Of a stretch of DNA of 64,000 bases, positions 1 through 9,496 are shown piece after piece. Position 1 is the first letter of the stretch. Each line of letters opens with the position of its first letter. Where the stretch lies: NCBI GenBank assembly GCA_944372505.1, contig CALVZK010000001.1, positions 385,185-449,184 on the forward strand. The letters are read 5' to 3'. This DNA comes from an uncultured Clostridia bacterium (GTDB lineage: Bacteria; Bacillota; Clostridia; Christensenellales; UBA1242). Under the pieces are notes generated by a model, which worked only from the letters and a program-made list of their open reading frames with translations, was not told the origin of the DNA and made no database searches. The position numbers and the translations under genes were made by a program.

Positions 1-34
1 ATTTTGATTATAATTTGACAAAGGAAGATTAAAA

Positions 35-742
35 ATGCAAAGAATTTTAGGAGCATTAAGAAAAGCTTGTCAAATATATAATTTAATTGATGAAAATGAT
101 AAAATTGCAGTTGGGCTATCAGGAGGAAAAGATAGTCTATTACTTTTATATGCTCTTAAACAATACCAATCTTTTTGTACTAAAAATTTTGAACTCGTAG
201 CAATAAGTGTAGATTTAACTGGCGGTAAAAATGATTATTCAAAATTGACTGAATTTTGTAAAAACATAAATGTTGAATTGCATATAGTCAAATCAGATAT
301 TTTCGAAATAGTATTTGATATAAGAAAAGAAAAAAATCCATGTTCTCTATGTGCAAATATGAGAAGAGGTATTTTAAATAGTAAAGCAAAAGAATTGGGC
401 TGTAATAAAGTAGCCCTTGGGCATCACAAAGATGACCTAATTGAAACATTCATTATTTCACTATTTTTTGAAGGAAGATTGTCAACTTTCAAACCTAAAA
501 CTTATCTTTCAAAAGTTGATATTACTGTTATAAGACCACTTATTTATTGCAACGAAGCAGACATATCAAGGGTTTCAAAAAATTATCCTGTTTTAAAAAA
601 TTCATGCCCTGCTGATAAGCATACTAAACGAGAAGAAGTAAAAAATCTTTTATCCAATTTGGAAAACATATTTCCATCTTGCAAAGAGAAACTTTTTAAT
701 GCTATAATTCATAGCGAAAGATATAATCTTTTTGATAAATAA
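35..742 (+). CDS. ttcA: PP-loop ATPase, TtcA-family tRNA thiolase
   Basis: 235-aa ORF with an SGGKDS PP-loop near the N-terminus and CSLC and SCPAD Cys motifs typical of TtcA-type enzymes. Confidence 0.75.
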   Translation: MQRILGALRKACQIYNLIDENDKIAVGLSGGKDSLLLLYALKQYQSFCTKNFELVAISVDLTGGKNDYSKLTEFCKNINVELHIVKSDIFEIVFDIRKEKNPCSLCANMRRGILNSKAKELGCNKVALGHHKDDLIETFIISLFFEGRLSTFKPKTYLSKVDITVIRPLIYCNEADISRVSKNYPVLKNSCPADKHTKREEVKNLLSNLENIFPSCKEKLFNAIIHSERYNLFDK

Positions 743-923
743 ATTTAAAAAAATAAATAAAAAATAAAATTAAAATAAATTTAAAAAATAAAACAAACAA
801 AAATATTGAAAAAATAATTAATAAACAAAAATATTGAAAAAAAACAAAGAAAATAGTAAAATAATTAAAATAATTACTAAAAAATCAACTTTAAATAATT
901 AAAATTCAAAATAAAATAAATTA

Positions 924-1017
924 AATAATAAAAAATACGATTTTAATAATAAAAAATACGATTTTAATAATAAAAAATATGATTTTAATAATAAAAAATA
1001 TGATTTTAATAATAAAA
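924..1017. repeat. 21-bp tandem repeat, 4 full copies plus a partial one (aataataaaaaataYgatttt)
   Basis: Read directly: copies at 924-944 and 945-965 carry C, copies at 966-986 and 987-1007 carry T, and a partial copy runs to about 1017. It lies in the convergent ttcA/rsmA spacer. Confidence 0.9.
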
Positions 1018-1082
1018 TTTATCTATTAAACAAAAAAAATATGCTTAAATTTTAATCATATTTTTTTTTAATAAACTTTAAA

Positions 1083-1868
1083 TCATATTAAATTTTCTAT
1101 TTTTTTATAATATTTTATAAAATCATTTAATGTTAATTCTTCTCCTCTCTTATTTAAGTCATTTTTAAAAACTTGTAATAATTCATCTTTTATAAGTGGA
1201 TAAGATTTAAACAAATTATTCCGTAATGTCTTCCTCCTCATAGAAAAACATGATTGTATAAAACGATAAAATTTTTCTTTATTTACATTATATTTCTTTT
1301 TAATGTCTATCTTCACAATTGCCGAATCTACATTTGGTACTGGATAGAACATTTTTCGATTAACAAATCTAGTAATTTGAACATCGCCATAAAAGTTTGT
1401 CATAATAGAAAGAATTCCAAAATTTTTCTCCCCACTTTTAGCTATCATTCTTTCTGCAACTTCTTTTTGAACCATAATTGTTAAACTAATAACTTTATCA
1501 GAATTATTTAAAAACTTAAAAATTAAAGGAGTAGTAATATAATATGGTAAATTTGCTACTATCTTATAATTTCCACTAAAATTATTTTCTATTTCTTCTA
1601 TGGGTTCCTCTAATACATCTTTAAAAATAAAGGTTGTATTTTTAAGGTTTAGTCCTTTTAATGCAACTTCTAAATCTTTATCAATTTCATAGCTTATAAC
1701 TTTTTTAGCATTTTTATCTAAAATTTTAGTCAAACTTCCTTCACCAGCCCCAATTTCTAAAACATTATCAATTGAGGTTATTTCTGCATCATTAACTATT
1801 GCTGTTAAAAGATTAATGTCTGATATAAAATTTTGACCGAATTTTTTTTTAAAATTATGGTTAATCAT
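1083..1868 (-). CDS. rsmA: 16S rRNA (adenine1518/1519-N6)-dimethyltransferase
   Basis: KKKFGQNFISD N-terminus and LEIGAGEGSLT SAM-binding motif; 261 aa. Confidence 0.9.
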   Translation of the reverse strand: MINHNFKKKFGQNFISDINLLTAIVNDAEITSIDNVLEIGAGEGSLTKILDKNAKKVISYEIDKDLEVALKGLNLKNTTFIFKDVLEEPIEEIENNFSGNYKIVANLPYYITTPLIFKFLNNSDKVISLTIMVQKEVAERMIAKSGEKNFGILSIMTNFYGDVQITRFVNRKMFYPVPNVDSAIVKIDIKKKYNVNKEKFYRFIQSCFSMRRKTLRNNLFKSYPLIKDELLQVFKNDLNKRGEELTLNDFIKYYKKIENLI

Positions 1869-2632
1869 ATTCCAAATAATCTCCTAGTATTTTCTCTAAC
1901 TAATTTTGATAAATCTTCTACATCAATATCTTTTAGTATTGATAAGTTCTGTGCTATTGTAGGCAAGAAACTTGGCATATTAATTTGTCCCCTATAGGGA
2001 TGAGGTGTTAAATAAGGAGAATCGGTTTCAAATAAAATATTTTCGTTTGGAATTTGCTTTAAGGTTTCCTTTAAAGAATTAGCATTTTTAAAAGTGGATA
2101 CCCCTCCTACTGATATATAAAGACCCATTTTCAATAATTCTTTTGCTATCTCTTTACTGCCGTTAAAACAATGCATTGTTCCACCATATTTTAATAATTG
2201 TCTGTTTTTTTGAAAAATTTCTAATATTGCCCCATAGGCTTCTCTACAATGAAATACCATTGGTTTACGCAATTCATAAGCTATTTGCATCTGTTTTACT
2301 AAAACTTCTTTTTGTCCCTCTTTATCTGGCATATCAGCTGTAAATTGCAACCCTATTTCTCCTATTGCAACAACTTTTTTGTCTTGTGCTAATCTTATCA
2401 ATGTGTCGCATTGTTCTCTATTCCAATCATATATATATTCAGGATATATACCAATACTGGAATAGACATTAGAATAAATTTTAGTAAGATTTACGCAGTC
2501 TTTTGCATTTTCTATGTTTACAGAAGACGTAATAATTTTTTCTACTCCTGACTGATTTGCCTTGTTGACAACCTCTTCAACATTATCTCCATACATTTTG
2601 TCGGTTAAATGAGCATGGGTATCTACAAACAT
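1865..2632 (-). CDS. TatD-family metal-dependent hydrolase (DNase)
   Basis: MFVDTHAHL start, internal HCF and ETDSPYL motifs; 4-bp overlap with rsmA as in the yabD-ksgA arrangement. Confidence 0.9.
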   Translation of the reverse strand: MFVDTHAHLTDKMYGDNVEEVVNKANQSGVEKIITSSVNIENAKDCVNLTKIYSNVYSSIGIYPEYIYDWNREQCDTLIRLAQDKKVVAIGEIGLQFTADMPDKEGQKEVLVKQMQIAYELRKPMVFHCREAYGAILEIFQKNRQLLKYGGTMHCFNGSKEIAKELLKMGLYISVGGVSTFKNANSLKETLKQIPNENILFETDSPYLTPHPYRGQINMPSFLPTIAQNLSILKDIDVEDLSKLVRENTRRLFGI

Positions 2633-2805
2633 AAAATCTCCTTAACATTATTCTAATTACAAAAATTCTTTTTGTCAATTTAATTGTAAATTTAATATAT
2701 ATACTTAAATTTATACTACTTAGATTTTGTCAGAATTTGAATTTGAAATATCAGCAAAATTAAATTTTAATTTCTATCTTTTATTATAAAGGAATATTAT
2801 ACACT

Positions 2806-3375
2806 ATGAATAGAATTTGGTTTATAATGATTGTAGGGTCTCTGTGTTTTTTAATATGGACAGATCCAGCTATAGTTCTTAATTCAATGGTTGATGCTGC
2901 AGGAGAAGCTTTTAAATTAAGCCTAGAGCTATGCGCTGTTTATGCTGTATGGCTTGGAATATTGGAAATAGTTGATGCTAGCGGATTAAGCGATAAATTA
3001 GCGAAACTTTTACGACCTATAATAAAGAAACTTTTTAAAATTGACGACAAAGAACCTGAAAAAATGATAGCACTAAACATGTCAGCAAATATGCTTGGAC
3101 TTGGGAATGCGGCTACTCCCATGGGGATTAAAGCAATGAAAAGATTAGATGATGGTTCTGGCGTCGCAACTCCTGCCATGATAATGCTTATTGTTATAAA
3201 TTCAACCTCAATTCAACTTTTACCTACTACTGTTATTGGTTTAAGAGCAAGTGCAGGCTCCCTAACTCCTTCAGATATTATTTTGCCTACATTATTAGCA
3301 ACAATATGTACTTTTACACTTGGTATTTGTTTAGTAAAATTATGTCATAAAATTTTTAGGAGGAAGAAAAAATGA
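2806..3375 (+). CDS. spmA: Spore maturation protein A (nucleoside-recognition-domain membrane protein)
   Basis: 189-aa multi-TM protein with a GNAATPMG motif, overlapping its paired downstream gene by 4 bp. Confidence 0.75.
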   Translation: MNRIWFIMIVGSLCFLIWTDPAIVLNSMVDAAGEAFKLSLELCAVYAVWLGILEIVDASGLSDKLAKLLRPIIKKLFKIDDKEPEKMIALNMSANMLGLGNAATPMGIKAMKRLDDGSGVATPAMIMLIVINSTSIQLLPTTVIGLRASAGSLTPSDIILPTLLATICTFTLGICLVKLCHKIFRRKKK

Positions 3376-3878
3376 GTGCTTATATTCTTCCAGTTTTATT
3401 TATAGCATTATTTTGCTATGCAAAATATAAAAAAGTTAATTGTTATGATAGTTTTATAAAAGGCGCAAAAAAATCTATTCCTTTAGTAGTCGAGATATTC
3501 CCGTACATTGCTTCAATAATGATAGCAGTAGCTTTATTAAGAGCAAGTGGCATAACCGCTTTACTTGCCCATCTTCTTTCTCCTATTTTTAGCGCATTAG
3601 GGATTCCAACAGAACTAATAGAACTTGTACTTTTAAGACCTTTCACCGGATCAGGAAGTTTTGCTTTATTAAATGATGTACTAACCACATATGGAGCTGA
3701 TTCTTATATCTCCAGATGTGCGTGTGTTATTCTTGGATGTAGTGAAACAATTTTCTATGTTACAACAGTGTATATTTCTCAAACAAAAGTAAAAAAACTC
3801 TTATACGCAATACCTATAGCCCTAATATGTTCTTTAGTTGGTTCAATTATCGCTTGTCTGTTATGTAAAATTATTTAA
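3372..3878 (+). CDS. spmB: Spore maturation protein B
   Basis: 168-aa multi-TM protein coupled to spmA (ATGA overlap); typical spmA-spmB pair. Confidence 0.75.
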   Translation: MSAYILPVLFIALFCYAKYKKVNCYDSFIKGAKKSIPLVVEIFPYIASIMIAVALLRASGITALLAHLLSPIFSALGIPTELIELVLLRPFTGSGSFALLNDVLTTYGADSYISRCACVILGCSETIFYVTTVYISQTKVKKLLYAIPIALICSLVGSIIACLLCKII

Positions 3879-4059
3879 AATCTATACTTTGAATTTCTAT
3901 AATAGTAATATTGGAAGCTACAGATTGAAAAAATAAACGAAGCGTTTTTAAATCTTCTTTACTATATTTTTTTGCCAAACATATTGCCAAACTTCCAGCG
4001 AGAGAAACAAGTTCTTCTCCACTGATATCAAGTTTTTGTTTCTCTTTTTTCATATTCAT
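3871..4059 (-). CDS. Small hypothetical protein (about 62 aa)
   Basis: The ORF-track 5-prime end runs through the gltX terminator hairpin, so the start must be an internal ATG (4059 or 4053). There is no clear RBS. The ELVSLAGSLAICLAK core resembles small Clostridial proteins of unknown function. Confidence 0.3.
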   Translation of the reverse strand: MNMKKEKQKLDISGEELVSLAGSLAICLAKKYSKEDLKTLRLFFQSVASNITIIEIQSIDFK

Positions 4060-4081
4060 ATTTATTCTAAATAAATAAAAA

Positions 4082-4099
4082 AGTGTGCTTTTGCACACT
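4082..4099 (-). terminator. Rho-independent terminator of gltX
   Basis: agtgtgc-tttt-gcacact hairpin overlapping the gltX stop codon, followed by a U-run on the minus strand. Confidence 0.7.
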
Positions 4100-5735
4100 A
4101 AAATTTTATATTTAATCGACTTCTAACTTCATCTTCACCTAAAATATTTATTATATTATAGAGTGTGGGTGAATTTTTTCTGCCGGTAATTGCTACCCTG
4201 ATAAATTCACAAGCTTTTGCTATATTCCCCTTATAATTAAGAGGATTAAGTTTAAAAAGCTTATTATCTATAGCATAACCTAATCTTTCTGCTATAACTT
4301 TGACATCATTAAACCATTCTTCATTACTTTTTGGCATTTTAAAGTTTATTAAATATGACTTAATAAATTCGTTTGCCTTTTCTTTGTCGTCTTCATCTAT
4401 CTCATAATTTAACGGCTTATAAAAAATATAATCAAAATAGTCTTTCATCATTTTGTAGTTGTAAATATCTTTTCTTGGCTTAATTTGCCCATCTCTGTCC
4501 ATCTTGCACAGATTTATAAACTTTTCTTTATCAGATTTTAAAATTATAGATAAAGCACTATCATGCTTTTCTGCAAAATTAACCCAATTATTGTATAATT
4601 GCTCACCGCTTTGTTTAACTATAATATTTTTGGAAATATCATTTAATTTCACGAGATCAAAAATTGGAGCAACGGTGGTAATATCATTCACTTTGAATTT
4701 AAATTCTTTCCAATCTTTTTCAGGATTATTCTTTCTCCATAATTCAAACCCTGAATTTATCATATTCAACAAATATTCCAAAATACTTTCTTTTGGATAA
4801 CCATTCTCATTAAAATAAAGCATGTTAGATTCAGGATCATATCTCTTTGAAATCTTTCTTCTGTTGCCATTTTCATTTAATTTATAAATAAGTGGATTAT
4901 GACAATAAGATATAGGACGAAACCCCAATGCTTCAAAAAGTTCAATATGGGCTGGAGTTGAAGATATATATTCTTCTCCCCTAACTACAATTGTCGTTCC
5001 CATAAGTGTATCATCTATAGCATGAGCAAAAGCATATGGTGGAGTACCATCGCTTTTTAATATTACAAAATCTTTTGCGTTTGCTTTAGCCTCAAGTTCT
5101 CCTTTAATAAGGTCTTTAAACTTTATTCTTTCATCGCCCTTATTTTTTGTTTTTAAACGAATAGCAAATGTTTCGCCGTTATCTATATGATTTTTTACTT
5201 CTTCATAAGTTAAATCTCTACAAGGGTCATATTCTTTTTCGTCATCATAAATAAATTTTTCTTCACGCAGTTTTAGAACATCTTCTTTTCCTTCCGTTTT
5301 TTTGCAAAAACAAGGAAATGCTTTCCCTTCTTCAACTAATTTTTTAGCAAAAACTTTATAGATTTCTTTTCTTTGACTCTGAACGTATGGACCGTAATTC
5401 CCCACATCTTTTCCATCTAAAGTTTGATATTCATCAAATTTAATATCAAAATTATTTAAAACATCATATATAACTTGCTTCGCTGCTTTTATCTCTCTTT
5501 TTTCATCCGTATCTTCAATTCTTAAGAATAATATACCATTTGAATTCTTGGCAAGATTGTAACTAATAAATGCTTGAAAAAAGTTCCCAATATGCATAAA
5601 TCCAGTTGGGCTTGGAGCAAATCTTGTGACAATTTGTCCATCTTCTAAATTCCTTTTAGGATATTTTTTATAAATATCATTTTCTGATAATTTAATATCG
5701 GGAAAAAGCAACTGTGCTATTTTTTTGTATTCCAT
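4098..5735 (-). CDS. gltX: Glutamate--tRNA ligase
   Basis: PSPTGFMHIGN (HIGH) and KISKR (KMSKS) class-I motifs. The start was chosen at MEYKK (5735), which is preceded by a GGGAGA RBS. Confidence 0.9.
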   Translation of the reverse strand: MEYKKIAQLLFPDIKLSENDIYKKYPKRNLEDGQIVTRFAPSPTGFMHIGNFFQAFISYNLAKNSNGILFLRIEDTDEKREIKAAKQVIYDVLNNFDIKFDEYQTLDGKDVGNYGPYVQSQRKEIYKVFAKKLVEEGKAFPCFCKKTEGKEDVLKLREEKFIYDDEKEYDPCRDLTYEEVKNHIDNGETFAIRLKTKNKGDERIKFKDLIKGELEAKANAKDFVILKSDGTPPYAFAHAIDDTLMGTTIVVRGEEYISSTPAHIELFEALGFRPISYCHNPLIYKLNENGNRRKISKRYDPESNMLYFNENGYPKESILEYLLNMINSGFELWRKNNPEKDWKEFKFKVNDITTVAPIFDLVKLNDISKNIIVKQSGEQLYNNWVNFAEKHDSALSIILKSDKEKFINLCKMDRDGQIKPRKDIYNYKMMKDYFDYIFYKPLNYEIDEDDKEKANEFIKSYLINFKMPKSNEEWFNDVKVIAERLGYAIDNKLFKLNPLNYKGNIAKACEFIRVAITGRKNSPTLYNIINILGEDEVRSRLNIKF

Positions 5736-5748
5736 TCCATCTCCCAAT

Positions 5749-6786
5749 TTAAGCAACATAAATATTGGTAGTAATATAATTAATATATAAATCTATAAGG
5801 CAATTTGATTCAGAAAAATATTTTTCTATTTGTCTATAATATGCTTCGCAATATTTATTTTCTTTTTCATAGGAAATTATATTGCTTTCATAAGATGTGA
5901 CGAACTCATAGAAATTTAATTTGTCTAATGCCTTTAATGTTGTTTGTCTTTCTAAATTAAAAGCATCATTAACATTAATTAAGTTTTTAATGTCCTCATT
6001 TGTAAGCGTTTTTTGGGTGCTATTAATAGTTTGAACAAATTTCTTGAAATTTAAAGTTGTGTTTTGGCTTAATTGATCATCTAATTTTTGTCCACAACAA
6101 CTATCTAAATAAAATATTTTAAAATCATTTGCTAACAAAAGATTTTGATAATCTAAATAAAATTCTAATTGCTCTTGAGGAGTAATTGCTAAATTTTCTT
6201 CCTCTTTTTCATCTGTAGTTTCTTCTCCAATTCCTTCTAAATATCCTACTTTATCAACAAGAAAATTTGCTAATGTTAATGCACCATCATAAACTTCATT
6301 GATAAATTCTTTAACTTCCCATTTATATCTAGTGCTATAACCATTATATATTTCATAATCTGCACTTGAATCTATGTTAACTAAATTTTGCCATTCTACC
6401 TTTATTTTCTCATAAGAATTAGTCAAAGATTTGATAGATTTATTTAAACTGCTAAAATTTAATTTATCTAACCCGTCTATTTTTTCATAATATTTTTCTA
6501 TAAAATTAAGCCCGATTGTATTTAAAAATTGATAATTCTGATCTTCATCTATTTTTGTCCCAGAACTATTTTTATAATCAAAATTTTTCAAATAATAGTT
6601 TGACACATATCCTTCAACATTATTTACTTCAAAAAAATTATCCCCTGCCGTAAATGTTGTTATCATCTCTTGATAAGAAGCAAATGTATCTGCACTATTT
6701 CCTTTTTTCTCACATGCAAACATAGATAAAACCCCAAAAGATATTATCAATGCTAAAATTGGCAAAAAGATTATTCTTTTTTTCAT
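5749..6786 (-). CDS. Hypothetical lipoprotein
   Basis: Signal peptide ending in the lipobox-like LSMFAC; N/Y/E-rich, with no recognisable domain. Confidence 0.6.
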   Translation of the reverse strand: MKKRIIFLPILALIISFGVLSMFACEKKGNSADTFASYQEMITTFTAGDNFFEVNNVEGYVSNYYLKNFDYKNSSGTKIDEDQNYQFLNTIGLNFIEKYYEKIDGLDKLNFSSLNKSIKSLTNSYEKIKVEWQNLVNIDSSADYEIYNGYSTRYKWEVKEFINEVYDGALTLANFLVDKVGYLEGIGEETTDEKEEENLAITPQEQLEFYLDYQNLLLANDFKIFYLDSCCGQKLDDQLSQNTTLNFKKFVQTINSTQKTLTNEDIKNLINVNDAFNLERQTTLKALDKLNFYEFVTSYESNIISYEKENKYCEAYYRQIEKYFSESNCLIDLYINYITTNIYVA

Positions 6787-6788
6787 TT

Positions 6789-7754
6789 TTACCCCCTCGC
6801 CTCAATAAATGTTTTAACGACAACCAAAACTCCTTCCGTGTCTTCGACCTCAAAAGTTTTTGTAATATTGCCACTATTATCCATAGATTGAATTAATACT
6901 ATAAAACTTTCTTGTTCAAAATTTTCGTAAAACTTAATGATAGTATCATATTTTGTTTTTATAGAATCATTAAAATAATAATTTGTAATTTCACTATAAT
7001 CAACTATATATTTTTCTACAAAATTACTGAATGATAAAATTTGTCCATTTAAACTATAAGTATACACATTATTAGAATTTCGTAAATCACTTGAAACAAT
7101 ATTATTATAACCATTTATTATACTTGACAAATAGTCGTTTATTGTATCTAAAACAATTTTTGATGCCTTATTATTTGTCAAGGTATTTTCAAAGCAACCT
7201 TCATAACATTTGCTTAAAGCGGAAATAGCATTTGCATTATATTCTAACCAATTTGCATATTCTTCTCTATAATCGATCCATAAATTTTGCAAATAACTAT
7301 CACTATCTTGTTCCAAATTAACTACATTTTTTACAATATTATTTAATTTTTTTTGTTGACTTATTACTTTGTTTAAGTTTTTCTTTATTGCAGAATAATT
7401 ATTTGATAATACTTTATTATCCTTTGCAAAAACTAAATATTCATCATAAAATTCAAGCACTTTATCTATTGTTGAAGAAAGTATTGGAACATTATTGTAT
7501 TCTTCCATATAATAATTTTTAGTACTATTTTGTAACTTTTCACCTATTTTTTCATATGATGTTATTTCTTCTTTGTCTTGCAAATATGAAGTCGAAGTAA
7601 CATTATGCAAAATTACTTTTGCATTTGAAGTGTTGGCTGGTATGAAAATAATGATTAACACAATTATTATAGCAATTAATACTACAATAGCTAAAAGTGT
7701 TAATCCTTTTTTTGGATTACCTACCGAATAATCCTTTGATTTTTTATTTGCCAT
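6789..7754 (-). CDS. Hypothetical membrane-anchored protein
   Basis: Single N-terminal TM (LTLLAIVVLIAIIIVLIIIFI); N/Y-rich ectodomain; tandem with the neighbouring lipoprotein gene. Confidence 0.6.
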   Translation of the reverse strand: MANKKSKDYSVGNPKKGLTLLAIVVLIAIIIVLIIIFIPANTSNAKVILHNVTSTSYLQDKEEITSYEKIGEKLQNSTKNYYMEEYNNVPILSSTIDKVLEFYDEYLVFAKDNKVLSNNYSAIKKNLNKVISQQKKLNNIVKNVVNLEQDSDSYLQNLWIDYREEYANWLEYNANAISALSKCYEGCFENTLTNNKASKIVLDTINDYLSSIINGYNNIVSSDLRNSNNVYTYSLNGQILSFSNFVEKYIVDYSEITNYYFNDSIKTKYDTIIKFYENFEQESFIVLIQSMDNSGNITKTFEVEDTEGVLVVVKTFIEARG

Positions 7755-7762
7755 TTTACCTC

Positions 7763-9202
7763 CTAATCATCAGAAAATACATCAAGTGTTTCGCTATTTT
7801 CAAGCGGAGTTTCTTCTATTGATTTATAATCTACTTTAGCTGTATTTTTTACAATGAATTTTTCATCTAGATTTACAAAAGTCGTGTACTCTCCTATCCA
7901 TCGTAATTTCACTTTTCCCGTACTTCCATTTCTATGCTTTGCTATTATTAGTTCAACCGTTCCCGGTTCATCATCTTGAGCAACATCATTATATTTCTCT
8001 GGATTATATAAAAATAAAACAATATCAGCATCTTGCTCTATAGCACCAGAATCTCTTAAATCTGAAAGCATTGGCCTGTGACCATTTTCTGACCTAGATT
8101 CAACACTTCTTGATAACTGTGACAAAACTATAATTGGGACATTCAATTCTTTTGCGGTTATCTTTAAATTTCTTGATATTTCGCTTACTTCATTTTGTCT
8201 ATTCATATCACGTTTATTATTCCCAGAAGACATTAATTGAATATAGTCAATCATAATTAAATCAACATCTTCTTTTGCCTTAAGTCTTCTACATTTTGTC
8301 AATATATCAGCAGGTGTAGTAAGTGAAGAGTCATCGACATAAAGACCACTTTGTTCGAGTTTTTTTGTTGCAGCCCAAATTCTTTTCCATTCTTCTCCAT
8401 CCATACTGCCATTTAACGCTTTTGCCATACTAACTTTAGCAAGCGAACAAATTGCACGTTGAATAAGTTGTTCTTTGCTCATTTCCAAAGAAAAAACTGC
8501 ACATTTTTTATTTAGAGTTGTAGCTGCATGAACAATAACATTCATTGCAAAAGATGTTTTCCCAACACCAGGTCTAGCAGCAAGCAAAATAAGATCGCTA
8601 TTTTGCAAACCATTTGTAACCCTATCAAATTCTTTAAATCCAGTAGAAATCCCTTTTAATGATGTAGGATCCTTTGCTATAGCGTCAAATTTATCTATTA
8701 CATGTTTAATAGCACCATTAGGCTTCCCAACATGTTCTAATGCACTTCTTTCTTGCTTTTCTGCAATATCAAAAATTTCTTTTTCTGCAAATTGCAAACT
8801 CTTGTCTTTGTCTTCATTTTCATACGCATCTTGTATTATTTTTTGCCCTGATTCAATTAGTTTTCTTCTAGTTGAATCAGATTTAACTATGTCGCAATAA
8901 TATTTAAAATTTACCGCTGAAGGCACAATATTAGTTAAAGTTGTAATATATTCTATACCTCCAACTTTATCTAATATTTTATCTTTTTCTAATTGGTCAA
9001 GCAACGTCACAAAATCTACAGGTATTGATTTTTGATAAATTTTGATCATACTAGAAAAAATATCTCGATGTGCTTGAGAATAAAAATCTTCTTCCTTCAT
9101 AATACCTAAAATATCTGCCTGTGCTTGTACATCAATAAGAATACAGCCAAGTACTGCCTGCTCCGCTTCAATATTATGTGGCATAATCTTATAGTCAGCC
9201 AT
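7763..9202 (-). CDS. dnaB: Replicative DNA helicase
   Basis: PHNIEAEQAVLG N-terminus, Walker A GARPGVGKT, DLIMIDYIQL and IAKHRNG motifs. Confidence 0.95.
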   Translation of the reverse strand: MADYKIMPHNIEAEQAVLGCILIDVQAQADILGIMKEEDFYSQAHRDIFSSMIKIYQKSIPVDFVTLLDQLEKDKILDKVGGIEYITTLTNIVPSAVNFKYYCDIVKSDSTRRKLIESGQKIIQDAYENEDKDKSLQFAEKEIFDIAEKQERSALEHVGKPNGAIKHVIDKFDAIAKDPTSLKGISTGFKEFDRVTNGLQNSDLILLAARPGVGKTSFAMNVIVHAATTLNKKCAVFSLEMSKEQLIQRAICSLAKVSMAKALNGSMDGEEWKRIWAATKKLEQSGLYVDDSSLTTPADILTKCRRLKAKEDVDLIMIDYIQLMSSGNNKRDMNRQNEVSEISRNLKITAKELNVPIIVLSQLSRSVESRSENGHRPMLSDLRDSGAIEQDADIVLFLYNPEKYNDVAQDDEPGTVELIIAKHRNGSTGKVKLRWIGEYTTFVNLDEKFIVKNTAKVDYKSIEETPLENSETLDVFSDD

Positions 9203-9210
9203 ATTCCCTC

Positions 9211-9483
9211 CTAGTCATTAGTAAAAGGATCTTTATTTTTATTCTGTTCTAATTTTCCCTTCTTCTTTTTGTCTATTTTAGCACATATCAAGGAAAAGAG
9301 CAAGTATAAAACTGCAGTTATACATATAACAATAAATCCTGCCAAAATTTTATTAATCGAAGTATATTCAAAAAAGAGAAAACAAACAAATACATCAAAA
9401 ACAAATACACAAGGCAAAAACCATAATAAGCGCTTGTATTTTTTTCGTAAATCTCTACTTTCATTTGGTAAAAGCATTGACAT
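9211..9483 (-). CDS. Small hypothetical membrane protein
   Basis: 90 aa with two predicted TM helices, sitting between typA and dnaB on the same strand. Confidence 0.45.
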   Translation of the reverse strand: MSMLLPNESRDLRKKYKRLLWFLPCVFVFDVFVCFLFFEYTSINKILAGFIVICITAVLYLLFSLICAKIDKKKKGKLEQNKNKDPFTND

Positions 9484-9496
9484 TAATTGTCTCCTT

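Noticed and set aside
924-1017. Possible CRISPR-like array
   Set aside because: The 21-bp units are directly abutting with no spacers, and there are no cas genes in the window. It is a simple tandem repeat.
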